Source: an uncultured Candidatus Rokubacteria bacterium (lineage in GTDB: Bacteria; Methylomirabilota; Methylomirabilia; Rokubacteriales; CSP1-6). Taken from it: a stretch of DNA of 64,000 bases. The position numbers were made by a program, and so were the translations under genes. Under the pieces are notes generated by a model. It made no database searches. It was not told the DNA's origin and worked only from the letters and a program-made list of their open reading frames with translations. Each line of letters opens with the position of its first letter. Within the stretch, counting starts at the first letter, position 1. Location of the stretch: positions 128,001 to 192,000 of the forward strand of contig CAVWFS010000019.1 in the NCBI GenBank assembly GCA_963754315.1. The letters are read 5' to 3'. Of this stretch, positions 62,209 to 64,000 are shown one piece after another.

Positions 62209-63129
62209 TCAGCCGCGGGCCGGGAAGAGTCCCTGGGGACGCAAGAACAGCACGGCCGCCATCAAGACGTAGATCAGCATGGACGCCAGCGCCGGACCCG
62301 CGCTGTCGGCGGCGCTCGGTGAGAGTACGAGGGTCAAGGTCGGACGCAGGAAGGCCCGTCCCATGGTGTCGACCATCCCCACCAGGAGAGCGCCGACCAG
62401 GGCGCCCCGGATGGATCCGATCCCGCCAATGACGATCACCACGAAGACCTGGATCAGGATCTGCTCACCCATACCCGGCTGGACAGCGTAGATCGGACCG
62501 GCCATGAGACCGGCCAATCCCGCCAGCCCGGCCCCGATCCCGAACACGACTGTGTACAGCAACCGAATATTGACTCCGAGCGCCGCCACCATCGTCCGAT
62601 TGCTGGCCCCCGCCCGGATGAGCATGCCGAGGCGAGTCCGGCCAATGAGCAGGTAAAGAAGCACGGCGACTGAGAGACCGATCGCGATCACGAAAACGCG
62701 GTAGGTCGGATAGGGCACCCCGGGCAGGATCAGCACCTGGCCGGCGAGGAAGGCCGGGACATTCGCATACAGTGCGGCGCGGCCCCAGACGATGCTCACC
62801 AGCTCGTTGAAGACAAGGATCAGTCCGAAGGTGGCCAGCACCTGGTCAAGGTGATCGCGTTCGTAAAGGGTGCGCAGGGCCACGATTTCCACCACCATTC
62901 CCACCACCAGGCAGGTCGCGAGGGCTGCCATCATCGCGACCAGGAATGATTCTGACCAGCGAAACACCGACGTGGCCACGTACGCCCCCACCATGTAGAG
63001 CGACCCGTGGGCCAGGTTGACCAGGTTCATGATGCCGAAAACGAGAGTAAGCCCCGCCGCCAGGAGGAACAGGGTCACGCCGAATTGCACGCCATTGAGG
63101 AACTGCTCGAGGACAAGAACGGCGTTCAC
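62209..63129 (-). CDS. livH: Branched-chain amino acid ABC permease LivH-like
   Basis: AGLTLVFGIMNLVNLAHG; VIGGIGS; RPQGLF. Confidence 0.88.
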   Translation of the reverse strand: MNAVLVLEQFLNGVQFGVTLFLLAAGLTLVFGIMNLVNLAHGSLYMVGAYVATSVFRWSESFLVAMMAALATCLVVGMVVEIVALRTLYERDHLDQVLATFGLILVFNELVSIVWGRAALYANVPAFLAGQVLILPGVPYPTYRVFVIAIGLSVAVLLYLLIGRTRLGMLIRAGASNRTMVAALGVNIRLLYTVVFGIGAGLAGLAGLMAGPIYAVQPGMGEQILIQVFVVIVIGGIGSIRGALVGALLVGMVDTMGRAFLRPTLTLVLSPSAADSAGPALASMLIYVLMAAVLFLRPQGLFPARG

Positions 63130-63158
63130 GAGGCACCTTCGCACGACGACGTGCCCTC

Positions 63159-63189
63159 AAAAAAGGGGGGCGCGGCCGCGCCGCGCCCC
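63159..63189 (-). terminator. Intrinsic terminator/attenuating hairpin after the SBP gene
   Basis: Minus strand GGGGCGCGGC-GCG-GCCGCGCCCC followed by a short C run and TTTTTT. Confidence 0.75.
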
Positions 63190-63217
63190 GGTTGCCTGTG
63201 CGCCCGCCGACGACGTC

Positions 63218-64000
63218 CTACCATTTCATGGGACAGTCCTTGTAGTAGGCATCCTTGTGCGCTTCGAAGACCGTCGACTGGATCTGGGTGGCGTATTCCC
63301 CGTCGGAGTTCTGGACCACGCGCAGAAGATAGAAGTTCTGGATGGGAAACTGATTCACGTTGTAGGTGAAGGGGCCGCGGGTCGACTTGAAATCGGCCTT
63401 GCGCATGGCCGCGATCATCCCCGGCCGGTCGGCCAGATTGCCCCGCACGGCACGGACAGCCGAATCGATGAGCAGGATCCCATCGTAGCTTTGCGCCCCA
63501 TAGAAGGACGGTGTGTAGCCAAACTTCTTCTTGAAATCGCTCACATAGCGCCGGTTGGCCTCGTTGTTCAGATCGGGGCTCCAGTACCGCGTCTCGAAGT
63601 TCCCGAGCCCCGCCTCCTTGACGGCAGGTAGGGTGACCTCGTCAAGCGTATAGACCGAGTACAGAGGGATCTGGCCGCGCAGGCCCGCCTGGGCATATTG
63701 CTTGACGAACTGAATGCCCATATCGCCCGGGTAGAACACGAACACGGCCTTGGGAGCGCTGGCGCGAATCTGACTGATCTCGGCCTGATAGTCCTGCTGG
63801 CCGAGCTTGGTATAGACCTCGGCCACGATACGCCCTTTGAAGTAACGCTTGAAGCCGGCGATCATGTCTTTGCCGGCGGCGTAGTTGGGGGCGAGGGCGT
63901 AGACGTCGGTGATGCCCTTGTCCTGCATGTGCTTGCCCATGGCCTCTGGCGTCTCGTCGTTCTGCCAGGACGTCGTAAAGAAGTACTCGCTGCACTCCTT
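63218..64000 (-). CDS. Liv-type ABC substrate-binding protein (partial; 5' end outside the window)
   Basis: APNYAAGKD; DYQAEISQIRA; FVKQY; FKSTRG; FPIQNFY; CPMKW. Confidence 0.88.
   Translation of the reverse strand, partial: KECSEYFFTTSWQNDETPEAMGKHMQDKGITDVYALAPNYAAGKDMIAGFKRYFKGRIVAEVYTKLGQQDYQAEISQIRASAPKAVFVFYPGDMGIQFVKQYAQAGLRGQIPLYSVYTLDEVTLPAVKEAGLGNFETRYWSPDLNNEANRRYVSDFKKKFGYTPSFYGAQSYDGILLIDSAVRAVRGNLADRPGMIAAMRKADFKSTRGPFTYNVNQFPIQNFYLLRVVQNSDGEYATQIQSTVFEAHKDAYYKDCPMKW

Overview
High-GC bacterial chromosomal window with dense coding. The gene content and G/C-run palindromes suggest a Rokubacteria/Methylomirabilota-like genome (inference only). From left to right: dipeptide ABC permeases; a small surface-glycosylation island (two GT-C-type membrane proteins plus a GT2); an MlrC/DUF1054/TPMT/ParB-like operon; an ECF sigma/anti-sigma/DUF3106 triad; a solo Cas4/RecB-like nuclease; a Liv-type ABC operon; a squalene synthase; M23 and PAC2 genes. 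Next comes an ~18 kb co-directional minus-strand respiratory supercluster (41422 to 23364). It joins a single Nitrospira-type bd-like (CydA-homologous) subunit, three membrane-anchored c-type cytochromes (one fused to an EB_dh heme-b domain), an amicyanin-like cupredoxin and a ligand-less paralogue, and a complete A1-type heme-copper oxidase with CtaA/CtaB. It ends in a USP-PCP_red-rubredoxin protein, a radical SAM-PCP_red enzyme and an Mrp ATPase lacking its CxxC. Divergent from it is ftsH-degP-dnaJ-clpB, followed by a gamma-glutamyl/oxoprolinase cluster, a voltage-gated cation channel with a CavMr-like TLEGW filter, and a second Liv ABC operon. Seven +1 frameshifts in conserved genes look like sequencing errors. 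No rRNA, tRNA, CRISPR array or transposase was recognised.
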